From a virus: a DNA stretch of 64,000 bases. Location of the stretch: positions 1 to 64,000 of IMG/VR virus record IMGVR_UViG_3300025889_000083. One strand, 5' to 3'. Positions 46,809-56,888 of this stretch are shown in pieces; position 1 is the stretch's first letter, and each line of letters starts with the position of its first letter. The notes below the pieces were generated by a model. The model was not told the origin of the DNA, searched no databases, and worked only from the letters and a program-made list of their open reading frames with translations. Made by a program: the position numbers and the translations under genes.

Positions 46809-47146
46809 TATCGTGTAACGTTTTGAGTGACTCTTGCTACTCCTTGAATTAGTCTTGTCATAGTATTTGTACTACTATTATACAATTCTAAATCATAGTA
46901 ATATTTACCTGACGCAATATTTGCAGTTGTTGCATATGGTAAAGTCATTTTAAAGACACCATTAGCTGCATCTGTTATTGAACAAGTAAATGTTGCTGTA
47001 AGAGTATCGGAAGAAGGCGTAGGACGTAGCTGTGCACTTGCCGTATGACTAGACAAATTGATTGCTGTTCCATCTTGTGCTATTGCGATTTGGAGCGAGA
47101 AATCTGCTCCTTGGTCGATAACAATATCATAGTTTCCTGCTGCCAT
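46808..47146 (-). CDS. BppU-N-like baseplate/adaptor protein
   Basis: IDQGADF...QLR...G.YYYDLE...RL.QG...V...VTR. Confidence 0.65.
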   Translation of the reverse strand: MAAGNYDIVIDQGADFSLQIAIAQDGTAINLSSHTASAQLRPTPSSDTLTATFTCSITDAANGVFKMTLPYATTANIASGKYYYDLELYNSSTNTMTRLIQGVARVTQNVTR

Positions 47147-47172
47147 TCTTAACTTATACTCCTATATGCTAA

Positions 47173-47212
47173 ATTATAACAAAATATAAGTGAGAAGTCA
47201 AGAACTATTTTT
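47173..47212 (-). promoter_or_regulatory. sigma70-type phage promoter driving the accessory-fibre/GT block
   Basis: On the minus strand: AAAAATAGTTC-TTGACT(47201-47196)-17 bp-TATAAT(47178-47173); AGGAG precedes the ATG at 47146. Confidence 0.88.
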
Positions 47213-47225
47213 GAGAGGTGTAAGA

Positions 47226-47423
47226 TTATTCTGTTGGTTTAGGATATTTATCCTTGACCGCTTTTAACTCTGTATAAAAACTTGAAGTCTTTGCGGTCTC
47301 ACCCAATAGACCAGTATCAATAGCATGAAACAACTTATCAAATTGTTCCTTTAATTCTGGGTACTCACTTGCGCGAGATTCTGCATAAGTGTAATTTTTG
47401 CTAAGTGATATTTCTAGTGCCAT
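47226..47423 (-). CDS. tail-fibre-associated small protein
   Basis: R..EYP...EQ.D.L.H...AVK.KYPKP motif. Confidence 0.6.
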   Translation of the reverse strand: MALEISLSKNYTYAESRASEYPELKEQFDKLFHAIDTGLLGETAKTSSFYTELKAVKDKYPKPTE

Positions 47424-47833
47424 TACTTTGTAACCTCCAGTGTAAATGTTTTTGACTTATAGTTATCTTTTGATAAGATTACTGTATATCTTGTTGCTAC
47501 TTGTGTTCCTGTAAATGTTATTGTGCCATCTGCTGGAACTGTTCCTTTGTTTACATTATCTACAGTAACGGTTGTTCCTTCTGGTAGTCCACTAAAACTT
47601 AATGTTCCATTAAGTGTAATACTGGTTGTAGATAGGTCTGGATTAAAATTTCCATACTGTACTAATGCACCATCTGCTATATAATAATCATCAATAGATG
47701 GTAGTGTATCTACTATTACTTGTAAATAAGAATAGCCATGTTCGGCTTGTGCACTAATAGCAGAGGCGTCACAAGCTGCGACTGTCGCCCATGCAATTTT
47801 TCCGTTATTGTCATAAAAAATATTGTATTCCAT
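47423..47833 (-). CDS. tail-associated protein with an Ig-like C-terminus
   Basis: Beta-rich; LPEGTTVTVD. Confidence 0.55.
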   Translation of the reverse strand: MEYNIFYDNNGKIAWATVAACDASAISAQAEHGYSYLQVIVDTLPSIDDYYIADGALVQYGNFNPDLSTTSITLNGTLSFSGLPEGTTVTVDNVNKGTVPADGTITFTGTQVATRYTVILSKDNYKSKTFTLEVTK

Positions 47834-47841
47834 TTATTCTC

Positions 47842-48711
47842 CTATGCGAATGGACTTGTTCCGTTATAAATTAAGTATGAATAGTAAATAGTTTCTTCTC
47901 CTCCAAATGCAGTATTGCTATATGCCATCCCATTCCATAAATTTTGGTATCCTTCTTTATAATCATTACTAATTGTTAAATGTGTTGTATTTGTTGAAAA
48001 ACTAACTCCAGAGTATCCTACTGTAATGCCATCTCCCACTGCCAGTCCGCCAACTGTTTCATATTCTTTATAATATCCACTATTTGTTAAAAATCCATAT
48101 TGAGTTGTTGCTGGTACAATATCAGAGTCATAAGCTGGGTATACTTGTGAAGCATGTAAATCTCCTGCTCCTCCACTCAATGTAATTGTAGGTACTGGGC
48201 TATTTCCGCCGTATTTTGGAACATTTGTAATTGTTATACTCGTTATACTACCACCTGAAATAGTTGCATATCCTGTAGCCTGAACTGTTCCTCCAGCTCC
48301 TGTATAAGCAACTCCACCCGTAGCTGTAAATGGTATTGTTGAACCTACATATCCTGATCCAGCATTTGTAATACTTACGTTTGCACTTCCAAAAGTGTAG
48401 TAATCAGTAAAAAATGGTACATACATACTTGCCACACTTACAGTTGCAGTATTAGACGGACTAGACTCATTTATGTCATCTGGAAAACAATACGTAACGC
48501 TTGCATACGGTTTAAAACCTAATCCATGAGAAAAACTTCTTGTGCCTCCTGGACTTAGTATTCCTTGTCCTTTAGTAACAGTATTAAAACCTTTTACAGC
48601 ATTTGAGTCAAATACCAAAGAAGAACTTGTACTCGCAACATTTTGTCCTTCTCTACTAATAAAGATTCCGTAGTCACTGCCTCTATTTCCTATTAAAACT
48701 CTATTTGCCAT
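47842..48711 (-). CDS. tail tip accessory protein (paralogue 3)
   Basis: RVLIG...YGIFISR.G.NV...L.FDS N-terminal module. Confidence 0.65.
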   Translation of the reverse strand: MANRVLIGNRGSDYGIFISREGQNVASTSSSLVFDSNAVKGFNTVTKGQGILSPGGTRSFSHGLGFKPYASVTYCFPDDINESSPSNTATVSVASMYVPFFTDYYTFGSANVSITNAGSGYVGSTIPFTATGGVAYTGAGGTVQATGYATISGGSITSITITNVPKYGGNSPVPTITLSGGAGDLHASQVYPAYDSDIVPATTQYGFLTNSGYYKEYETVGGLAVGDGITVGYSGVSFSTNTTHLTISNDYKEGYQNLWNGMAYSNTAFGGEETIYYSYLIYNGTSPFA

Positions 48712-49133
48712 TAAAATAAACTCGTATTTGGTATACCTTTTAGTATAAAGGTAAATGTATTTTGTGTTTGTACTGGATTTGTGTTTGTTCCTACGCTATT
48801 TGTTGCTGTAGTTATTTGAACATTTGTTCCAGAATTTAAAGTAATATTTGCGGTATCATTTGCTCCCACAGGTTTAAATACCATTGCACTTTCGCCAGAT
48901 GCCAAAGTAGGTACTCCACTAGTAATAGTTCTTGTACTTGCAGGTGCCTGAGAAGCAGAAGGTATCTCTAATAAAACTAAAGCATGATCTACTTGGTCTT
49001 GGTCATCTGAAGAAAATAGTAATTGATCTGAAGTACAAGTTTGTACATTATAACCTGGTCTACTTACCCATAGCCCAAAGTTACTTGTACCTCTTGTAGA
49101 GGATCCTTTACCTAATAAAACTCTATCTACCAT
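48711..49133 (-). CDS. tail tip accessory protein (paralogue 2)
   Basis: RVLLGKG...FGLWVSRPG.NV.T...L.FSS. Confidence 0.65.
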   Translation of the reverse strand: MVDRVLLGKGSSTRGTSNFGLWVSRPGYNVQTCTSDQLLFSSDDQDQVDHALVLLEIPSASQAPASTRTITSGVPTLASGESAMVFKPVGANDTANITLNSGTNVQITTATNSVGTNTNPVQTQNTFTFILKGIPNTSLF

Positions 49134-49678
49134 AAATTTGCTGTATCTCCTAAAGTTGGATGGTTTCCTAGATTTTGTGTTGTACCACTTGAATCTACAT
49201 AAGTATTACCCATAAATCCAAAAGCATTTGGTATTTTTAAAACGACAAAAGCACCCGCTGCACTTGTTCGTGAAGTATTGCCTGGAGAATATGATACATT
49301 CATACGGAGTGGAGTTACACTTGTATTTGAAATTTTATAAGTATCATACTCTCTAATAAGATCTTCTGTAAAACTGTCAAAGCTTGGATTACTTACTATA
49401 TTTTCATTATGTAAAATTGCTGTATTTGCCTCATTTACTAAAACCTCTGGAATATAAGTTAATGTTGCCTTACTTCCAGATGTCCAAGTTATAGCGGATG
49501 AAGTTGCTGTAAAATTTGCACCTGCATATATCAATCCTGTTCGTACTGTTGTAGAATCAAAAATTAGATTATTTGCAGTTGTTGTCTCAACATTTGCTGA
49601 AGGTTTTGATACCCATAGCCCAAAATTACTTGTGCCTCTTGTTGCTGTTCCTTTACCAAATAAAACTCTACTAGGCAT
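49127..49678 (-). CDS. tail tip accessory protein (paralogue 1)
   Basis: RVLFGKG...FGLWVSKP..NV.T...L.FDS. Confidence 0.65.
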   Translation of the reverse strand: MPSRVLFGKGTATRGTSNFGLWVSKPSANVETTTANNLIFDSTTVRTGLIYAGANFTATSSAITWTSGSKATLTYIPEVLVNEANTAILHNENIVSNPSFDSFTEDLIREYDTYKISNTSVTPLRMNVSYSPGNTSRTSAAGAFVVLKIPNAFGFMGNTYVDSSGTTQNLGNHPTLGDTANLW

Positions 49679-52600
49679 TATGTTCCATCCGATATAATTA
49701 TTTGTTGATTTACGGAACTAAAAACAATATTTGCACTTGATAATGACGTTGAATTTAGTGTCCACCCACCAGCAGATCCGCCTGCTACTGTTAATGTTAA
49801 ACTGTCTGTTGATGATATTTTAGCATTTGTAATCGCATTTGCTGCAATCTGTAAACTATCTATACTTCCTGCAATTATTTCAGAAGTACCAATCTGGTTA
49901 GCTGCTATCTTTGCTGCTGTAATTGCATTAGCGGCAATTTGTAATGTTCCAATAGATCCACTAGATATTTCTGCTGTACCAACTTGATTAGCTGCTATTA
50001 AAGCCGAAGTAATAGCATTTCCAGCTATAAGTGCAGTTGTAATACTTCCACTAACTATTTCTGCAGTACCAATTTGATTAGCTGCTATTAAAGCCGAAGT
50101 AATACTGTTTGCTGCAATTTCACTTGTACCTACTTGATCTGCGGCTATCTTTGCTGATGTAATTGAGTTTGCCTGAATCATTGCGCTTGTAATAGATACA
50201 GAAGTTATTTTTGCAAACTCAATTCCTGAAGCATTGATACTTGCATTTGTAACAGCTCCACTTTCTATCTTTGCATTTGTAATTGCATTTGCTGCAATCT
50301 CATTTGTATCTACAGCACCAGAAGATATCTTCGCATTTGTAATTGCATTTGATGAAATCTGGTTAGTACCAACTGCATCACTCTGAATACTTACAGAAGT
50401 AATACTGTTTGCAGAAATATGAGAATTATCAATAGCATTTGTTACAATCGCTGCGGCTGTTATTGAGTTTGCTGTTATATGGGAACTATCAATGGTGCCA
50501 GCTTGAATAATTGCAGCATTTACAGAGTTAATTGATAATTCATTATTTGTAATTGAGTTTGCTGCTATAATAGCTGCTGTTACAGAGTTTGCTGTTAGTT
50601 CATTATTTGTAATTGTATTTGCTGCTATCTGTGCGGAGCCAACTGAGTTTGCAGCTAATTCTGAACTGGTAATTGATCCTGCAATAATCTGTGCTGCTCC
50701 AATAGCATTTGCTGCCATCTTAGCATTTGTAACAGCTCCAGTGGCAATTTGTATAGCTCCCACAGCTCCAGTTGCAATACTTACTGAGTCTATACTATTT
50801 GCAGCTATTGTTTCATTTGTAACTGAGTTACTTGCTAGTAGTGTTGAAGTGATCGCATTTGCTATAATTTGTGCTGTATTAATAGCATTAGTTGCGACTT
50901 TTCCACTTGTTACAGCATTTGCTGCTATTTTAGCTGCTGTAATTGCACTTCCTGCTAATTGGTTTGTATCAACAGCACCATTGGCAATAATAATACCAGT
51001 TACAGATCCAGTGGCTAATTGAGTTGTTCCAACTCCACCACTAGCAATAATTGTTCCAGATACAGAGCCAATGGTAAGTTCTGCACTTCCAATAGAGTTT
51101 GCAGCTATCTCAACTGAAGTAATTGAGTTTGCTGCCATTAGGGCATTTGTAATAGTACCAGAAGCAATTTCTACTGCGGTAATTTCATTTGCTCCCACAG
51201 TGAATGAATTTATAGCATCTGCAGTTAACTGAGCTGATGTAATACTATTTGCTTGAATAGCAGCAGTTCCAATAGCATTTGCTGCTATTTTTGCTTCTGT
51301 AACTGAGCCCGCTGCAATTGAAGCAGTAGTAATAGAATTAGAAGCTATTTTTGCATTTGTAATCGCATTTGCGGATACATGCACAGTATCAATAGATCCA
51401 CTTATAATTTGGGCACTATCAATAGAGTTTGCGGCTATTTCTGATGTACCAATAGCATTTGCAATAATCATTGTGCTATCTATTGAGTTTGCAGCAATAT
51501 GAGAACTATCAATAGAATCAGCAATAATTGCTACTGATCCAATACTATTTGCGGCAACTTCTGATGCTCCAATAGAGTTTGCTTGAATATGAATTGCTTG
51601 TATTGAGTTTGAAGCTAATTCTACACTTGTAATTGAGTTTGCTGATACTGTAAACGCAGCTACAGCACTTGAAGTTAACATAAGAGAAGTAATACTATTT
51701 GCTTGAATAGCAGTACCTCCAACAGCGTTTTCTGCTATTGTTGTTTCAGTTACAGCACCATCACCAATTTCTCCAGTATTTATTTTGAATTTAGAAGTAA
51801 ATTGCTGTAGTGAATATGTACCTGATGTATTTGCTACTACTGCTAAAATTGCGTCTTTTGTTCTATCTATTTTGTAATTTTGGAAGAAAACATTTGCTCC
51901 GCTATACGCTCTTAATGCACCATCTGAAATCTGTATGCTAGTATTACTATAGACATAAGTTACTTTTGCATATTGTCGAGTAGTACCTGCATCGCCTAAA
52001 ACAATTAGGTCACCAGTTTGATAATCACTTAAGAAAGTAGTACTACTTCCTTCTAATATTGTCTCTCCTGCATCTACAGAGAATGTACCATTTGCTTGTC
52101 CAAAGTCTGTATTTGCATCATTAATTGTTCTTTTTGTAAAAATAGGATAAAGTTTATTTCCTTGTGCATCTTCTGATGTAGTATCTGTTCTATATTCAAT
52201 AGCTTGTAATGGGTCTGCTGTGTTGCTATAGTCATATAATAAATATGCTACGCTGTTTGCAGACATTGCACTAAAGTCTTGCTGTGTTTGTGCAGTATTT
52301 CCGCTTGATACAGTTATAAAAGTTCCAGCGTCTACTTGTGGAGGTAAGTAATTATATGAAGTATTTGAAAAACTTACTACTCCATTAGCAGCTATTGTTA
52401 ATGTTGTATCTAAAAATCCACCTAATGGAATGTCTTTACCTGGTTGACTTGATAATATATGGGCTCCGACGGCATCATCAACACCAATACGTCTGCTTCT
52501 CCATCGAGAAAAGTTTTCTCTAATATTTACTGTTCTTACTCTTACTCGATATGTACCTGGCATTACATTTTCCCAAGTATATGAAGTATCTTCAGGGTCT

Positions 52601-55600
52601 ACACTAAATCTTTCCCATTTTGCATTTCCATCGTATCTACCTTTACCATCCCATGCTACCTGATATTCTTTTAAATGCTCGTACTCACTTGTAACTGAGT
52701 TTCCGTTTTTATCAAGTCTTGTTGATAAAGGAGCTTGCCAAGTAAGTAGTATTTTATATCCTAAATCTGGAGCTGCTGATCCTGATACATTTACGTCTCC
52801 TGATGAATTATCACCTGAGCCCATAGGTATTGCTTTAACTGCTAGATTTCTAGGTACTGGTACTTCTTCAATGTATTTTGGAGGTCTATTTACATCAGGT
52901 ATTGCAGGTATTGCCCAACCTCTATCAATTAAATCATATTTTCCAGAAGTATGCTGTACTGCTGTAATTTCAAAGATTCTTCCATCATTTTCTTTTATGG
53001 CTTGAATCATAAACTCTTTTGAACTTCCAGCAAGTTTTTCACCATCTGCAGAAGTTGTTGTTATTGACCAAATAACATCTCTATTTGGAGCAGCACTAAA
53101 TGCGCTTGCTACTGTTATAGAGCTTGATGTATAACTATCTATAACTTGAGATTCTATTCTTGAATCTTCAGACCAAAGTAATTGTACTAGACCATCAGAA
53201 TCATCTTTACAGTTTGCTGCTTTTGCTGCAGTATCTATCGTATTTCCACCTTCATCTGTAAGTACTAACTCTCCTTTTCGGTATGTAGTACCATTGATAG
53301 TTGCTGAATCTTGTCCGAGATAAGCACCACCAGATGGGTATATTAAGTGTAAAGTTGAGGTTGCTGTTCCTGAAAGTGTAACAGCTCTATCTATATTAAT
53401 TGTTGTAGTTGTAGAAGATGAAGAAACGCGACCACTAAATTGAATATCATCATAGTCTGCGTCTTGTATGTATATTGAATCGCCTGGTTGTAAGAAACCT
53501 GCGTTTAATCCAGTTTTAAATGATACTATTTCAGTATCAAGTTTCTCTGAGAATAAATGGAACTTACCATATCTATGTGCTTGTCCCTGTGAAGTACAAC
53601 CAAATGCTACTGTTTCTTTTGGAATAATTTTACCTATTCTTGCAATCTCATCATAGTCTTCTACAATTTCTACTGCTTGTTTGTAGTGATTATCTGGGTC
53701 ATTCCAAGTTACACGAATTTGATTTGATCTAAATCTTTGTGAAGATGAACTGTATGTAAACATTCCATCAATAACATTACCTTTTGTAAAGGTATAAACA
53801 GGACTTTTTTCCTGCATGGCGGCTAAAGTTATTTGTCCATTTTTCCAGACTAAGATTCCTCTAAATAAAGTTAGGAAATCTTTAACAACTTTTACAGCTT
53901 CTTGTAAATCTTTAATATAAACATTCGCAGTAAAACGAGGTTCTGATCCACCTTTTCCATCTGGTACTAATTCATCGCAATATTTGGCAATAGCAAATAG
54001 AGAATATTTGTCTATTAAATCAAAATTATTATCTGGGTCTAACCAACGTCCTAATCCATATCGAGGATTAGTCATAATGTCTAAAAATACCCACGCTGGG
54101 TTATTACAATAGACTGCATTATAGTTAGGGCTTGTTGCGTCAAATTCGTTTTTATCGCCTCTAAACTTTCCATCCCAGTCTTGGTAAGTTGATGCATCTA
54201 CTCCAGTACTTACATTACGAGTATAACTTGCAGTTGTTCTTCTAATTCCTGTATTCGCAAAAGCTTCTTCTGCTGGAAAATAGTTTGTTGGAACTTTTAT
54301 TTTTAGACCACGTACTTGATATGCTCTTGATGGCATTTCTCTAAAGTCTTTTGCATCAATAATAACTGCTCCAAATGCTGTATATGGATAGTTAAGTTTA
54401 TCTTCTACTATACACTCAATAGATTTAATTACAGACTGATTCTCATGTACCCAGTTACCATATTCAAAATTTGTTGCGGTTGGTCGCTGAATTGTAACTT
54501 GGAAGTCATCAAATGGTTGGAATTTTTCAGTATCAAATGAAAGAGTTGCAAGTGTAGGAGTTACTGTGTGTTTATGAATAACACTTGTTGCTGATTTTGG
54601 TAAAGTATTTGCATGTAAAGATCGACCTGATAAAGTTTTTGGTCCGTGTACAACGACTTCTTCTACCTCAGATCCATTTCTAAAGTATTTAAATAAAATT
54701 CTGTATTCTACAAAAGAAGGACCTGTTGCGTTATTTGAACTATTTTTCTTTCTAGATTCAAGTCTAGGCATTTCCACATTTACTTTAATATGATCAACAA
54801 TGCCAGGATCTCCTGTTCCTATTAAAGTACTTGCTCCATAGGTGCGTCCTCCTGAGGTTGGCTCAGCTAATGGATCTCCATTTGCATCATCTAAAGTTAG
54901 TGTTGCATTACTTGGGTTTCCTGAAATTAAAGATTGTGGTAGCTCCTCGCCTATTTCATGTGCAAATGATGCACTACCAACACCTTTGGGTGATTGTAAA
55001 AATGGTTGCTCTCTTTCTCCTGTTCTGAAAGCATATCCAAAGTTTGTAAAATTAAAACGTGGAGATTCTGATTCAGGTATTCTTGGAGTACTTAGAATAA
55101 TAATTGTGTTTGCTTGATCGACACCACCACCAGTTGCTAGTGTTGCTGTATTTACAGAGTAACTTGCTATTCTATCAACAAGGTCTATCTTACAGTCTGC
55201 ATTTGATACAGTAGTTGCGGGAGCAAGTGCTACTTTTACTGCGGCAGTATTAATAAATTCTGTGATTGTGGCTGCAAAATTACCTCCATCTACTCCTGCT
55301 CCTTCAATTCTTAATTGAGGTACTAATTCTGTAGATGCAGTTTGAACATCATCGCTTGCGAATGACATTATGCTTGTATTTGTTGTAACTATTTTGGAAC
55401 CAGCAGTGGTGCTGACAGCGGCTGTGCCTTTCTTTTTACCCCCAACCACTAATACCTGTCTAACACCATCGCTAGTATCTAAACCATCAAAAACATTTGT
55501 AGAAAGATTATCGGTTAGTTTATTATTTGCTGAATCATATGCGATATCCGTACCTTTTCTTGTTGCAAAACTTTCGGCATACTGATATGAAACTGCTGGA

Positions 55601-55773
55601 GCTCCGTTAATAAGAACACTAGCGGCACCATCAATTAGACCTTCTATTGGTCCTTCTGAGACTAAGTCATACACTACAGCTGTTTGATGCTTTAGTGATG
55701 TTACATTTGTTGATAAATTGCCTGGTGCTGCTGATCCTATACCACCATTTGCAGTTGGGTTATTAAGTGCCAT
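49678..55773 (-). CDS. tail tip hub / central fibre (lambda gpJ-like) with FN3 domain and a C-terminal 10-aa repeat shaft
   Basis: DLVSEGPIEGL, YPYTA, NNPAW, YCDELV.DG.GG.EPRF, GCTS.GQA.R and YRVRVR. Confidence 0.9.
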   Translation of the reverse strand: MALNNPTANGGIGSAAPGNLSTNVTSLKHQTAVVYDLVSEGPIEGLIDGAASVLINGAPAVSYQYAESFATRKGTDIAYDSANNKLTDNLSTNVFDGLDTSDGVRQVLVVGGKKKGTAAVSTTAGSKIVTTNTSIMSFASDDVQTASTELVPQLRIEGAGVDGGNFAATITEFINTAAVKVALAPATTVSNADCKIDLVDRIASYSVNTATLATGGGVDQANTIIILSTPRIPESESPRFNFTNFGYAFRTGEREQPFLQSPKGVGSASFAHEIGEELPQSLISGNPSNATLTLDDANGDPLAEPTSGGRTYGASTLIGTGDPGIVDHIKVNVEMPRLESRKKNSSNNATGPSFVEYRILFKYFRNGSEVEEVVVHGPKTLSGRSLHANTLPKSATSVIHKHTVTPTLATLSFDTEKFQPFDDFQVTIQRPTATNFEYGNWVHENQSVIKSIECIVEDKLNYPYTAFGAVIIDAKDFREMPSRAYQVRGLKIKVPTNYFPAEEAFANTGIRRTTASYTRNVSTGVDASTYQDWDGKFRGDKNEFDATSPNYNAVYCNNPAWVFLDIMTNPRYGLGRWLDPDNNFDLIDKYSLFAIAKYCDELVPDGKGGSEPRFTANVYIKDLQEAVKVVKDFLTLFRGILVWKNGQITLAAMQEKSPVYTFTKGNVIDGMFTYSSSSQRFRSNQIRVTWNDPDNHYKQAVEIVEDYDEIARIGKIIPKETVAFGCTSQGQAHRYGKFHLFSEKLDTEIVSFKTGLNAGFLQPGDSIYIQDADYDDIQFSGRVSSSSTTTTINIDRAVTLSGTATSTLHLIYPSGGAYLGQDSATINGTTYRKGELVLTDEGGNTIDTAAKAANCKDDSDGLVQLLWSEDSRIESQVIDSYTSSSITVASAFSAAPNRDVIWSITTTSADGEKLAGSSKEFMIQAIKENDGRIFEITAVQHTSGKYDLIDRGWAIPAIPDVNRPPKYIEEVPVPRNLAVKAIPMGSGDNSSGDVNVSGSAAPDLGYKILLTWQAPLSTRLDKNGNSVTSEYEHLKEYQVAWDGKGRYDGNAKWERFSVDPEDTSYTWENVMPGTYRVRVRTVNIRENFSRWRSRRIGVDDAVGAHILSSQPGKDIPLGGFLDTTLTIAANGVVSFSNTSYNYLPPQVDAGTFITVSSGNTAQTQQDFSAMSANSVAYLLYDYSNTADPLQAIEYRTDTTSEDAQGNKLYPIFTKRTINDANTDFGQANGTFSVDAGETILEGSSTTFLSDYQTGDLIVLGDAGTTRQYAKVTYVYSNTSIQISDGALRAYSGANVFFQNYKIDRTKDAILAVVANTSGTYSLQQFTSKFKINTGEIGDGAVTETTIAENAVGGTAIQANSITSLMLTSSAVAAFTVSANSITSVELASNSIQAIHIQANSIGASEVAANSIGSVAIIADSIDSSHIAANSIDSTMIIANAIGTSEIAANSIDSAQIISGSIDTVHVSANAITNAKIASNSITTASIAAGSVTEAKIAANAIGTAAIQANSITSAQLTADAINSFTVGANEITAVEIASGTITNALMAANSITSVEIAANSIGSAELTIGSVSGTIIASGGVGTTQLATGSVTGIIIANGAVDTNQLAGSAITAAKIAANAVTSGKVATNAINTAQIIANAITSTLLASNSVTNETIAANSIDSVSIATGAVGAIQIATGAVTNAKMAANAIGAAQIIAGSITSSELAANSVGSAQIAANTITNNELTANSVTAAIIAANSITNNELSINSVNAAIIQAGTIDSSHITANSITAAAIVTNAIDNSHISANSITSVSIQSDAVGTNQISSNAITNAKISSGAVDTNEIAANAITNAKIESGAVTNASINASGIEFAKITSVSITSAMIQANSITSAKIAADQVGTSEIAANSITSALIAANQIGTAEIVSGSITTALIAGNAITSALIAANQVGTAEISSGSIGTLQIAANAITAAKIAANQIGTSEIIAGSIDSLQIAANAITNAKISSTDSLTLTVAGGSAGGWTLNSTSLSSANIVFSSVNQQIIISDGT

Positions 55774-56562
55774 CTATTTTCCTATTTGCTCCAAGTCTTC
55801 AATAATTTCTTCAGTAATATTATTATACTGATCTGCTAATAAATTCCAGTCTATGTTTGAAGTTCCACCTGTGTATATTGCACCACTTGAACCCATACCT
55901 TGATTAGAATATCCTCCACCGACACCGCTAACCCAGTAGTCTTCTCCACCTTGCCAATCTTCATCAGAATTTGTATTCGTAGATCCTGTAAAAGTAAATC
56001 CTGCGGATTGTGTTACTCTTGTGTTTGTAAAGCCAAAGTTTATTGGTGCTCCTCCTATTTCTAGTTTTCCATAACAGAGAGGAACTGGAATACCTTGTTT
56101 TACATTATTAACTGGTCCATTAAATAAGTAGGCTTCATTTGTATCAGATGGTGAATCTTTCATTAGTTTATCAAGTGTGCCTTCTATAACTAACATACTA
56201 CCAAGTGCAAATGTCGCTGCTGCTATTGCTCGTCCTGTAGTTCCAGTTGGGTCTATAAAGAAAGATGCAATCATTAAAATATAACCAATTGTTTGTTTTG
56301 CATTTGAACCTTCTACTGCTGGAGAAATTACTAAATCTTGTCCGCCAAGACTAAGTAATGCATCAGTATCACCATCAATTAATTCTTCACCTTTCTGGAT
56401 TGTATAGTGTATACCTTTACCTGCTTGTTCAGTAATATAATTTAAAAAACCTTCACGTTGCACAGAAATTCCTCGTATAGCTTCTACGATGTTTCGTGCT
56501 TCGAGTTTCCAATGAGATCCAAATTTCTCGCCAAGATCTCCTGTTAAATAAATATTTGTCAT
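55774..56562 (-). CDS. tail assembly protein (lambda gpI-like)
   Basis: L.G.LG.KFG, YLFNG.VN...QG.PVPL.YG. Confidence 0.85.
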   Translation of the reverse strand: MTNIYLTGDLGEKFGSHWKLEARNIVEAIRGISVQREGFLNYITEQAGKGIHYTIQKGEELIDGDTDALLSLGGQDLVISPAVEGSNAKQTIGYILMIASFFIDPTGTTGRAIAAATFALGSMLVIEGTLDKLMKDSPSDTNEAYLFNGPVNNVKQGIPVPLCYGKLEIGGAPINFGFTNTRVTQSAGFTFTGSTNTNSDEDWQGGEDYWVSGVGGGYSNQGMGSSGAIYTGGTSNIDWNLLADQYNNITEEIIEDLEQIGK

Positions 56563-56888
56563 GCTGGTTCTAAAATAAATACCTCTTTTTGTGGATACGA
56601 TACAATCATATATGGTATCCTTTGTGCGTTACAACAATCAATATCATGTTGACTTGGTTTACAATCGCTCATGTAGTGACTATGGACTATGTATTTTATC
56701 AAAGAATTTAGTTGATATTTAACTACAATCTTTGAGTCGATTTTAAAGCTATTCTTTTTATCGTCTGCTAAATTTTCACATTCAATGAAATCGCCATTCC
56801 GTAAAAGAAGTCCACACATTTCATAAGGTGCCGCTTTCTCTGCTGCTAAGAAGATCTTATCCAAAATCTTTAGCGGCGGGGAAACCAC
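56559..56888 (-). CDS. JAB/MPN-domain tail assembly protein (gpK N-terminal-like)
   Basis: E.CG, N.A and HSH....PS..D JAMM motif. Confidence 0.8.
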   Translation of the reverse strand: MVSPPLKILDKIFLAAEKAAPYEMCGLLLRNGDFIECENLADDKKNSFKIDSKIVVKYQLNSLIKYIVHSHYMSDCKPSQHDIDCCNAQRIPYMIVSYPQKEVFILEPA

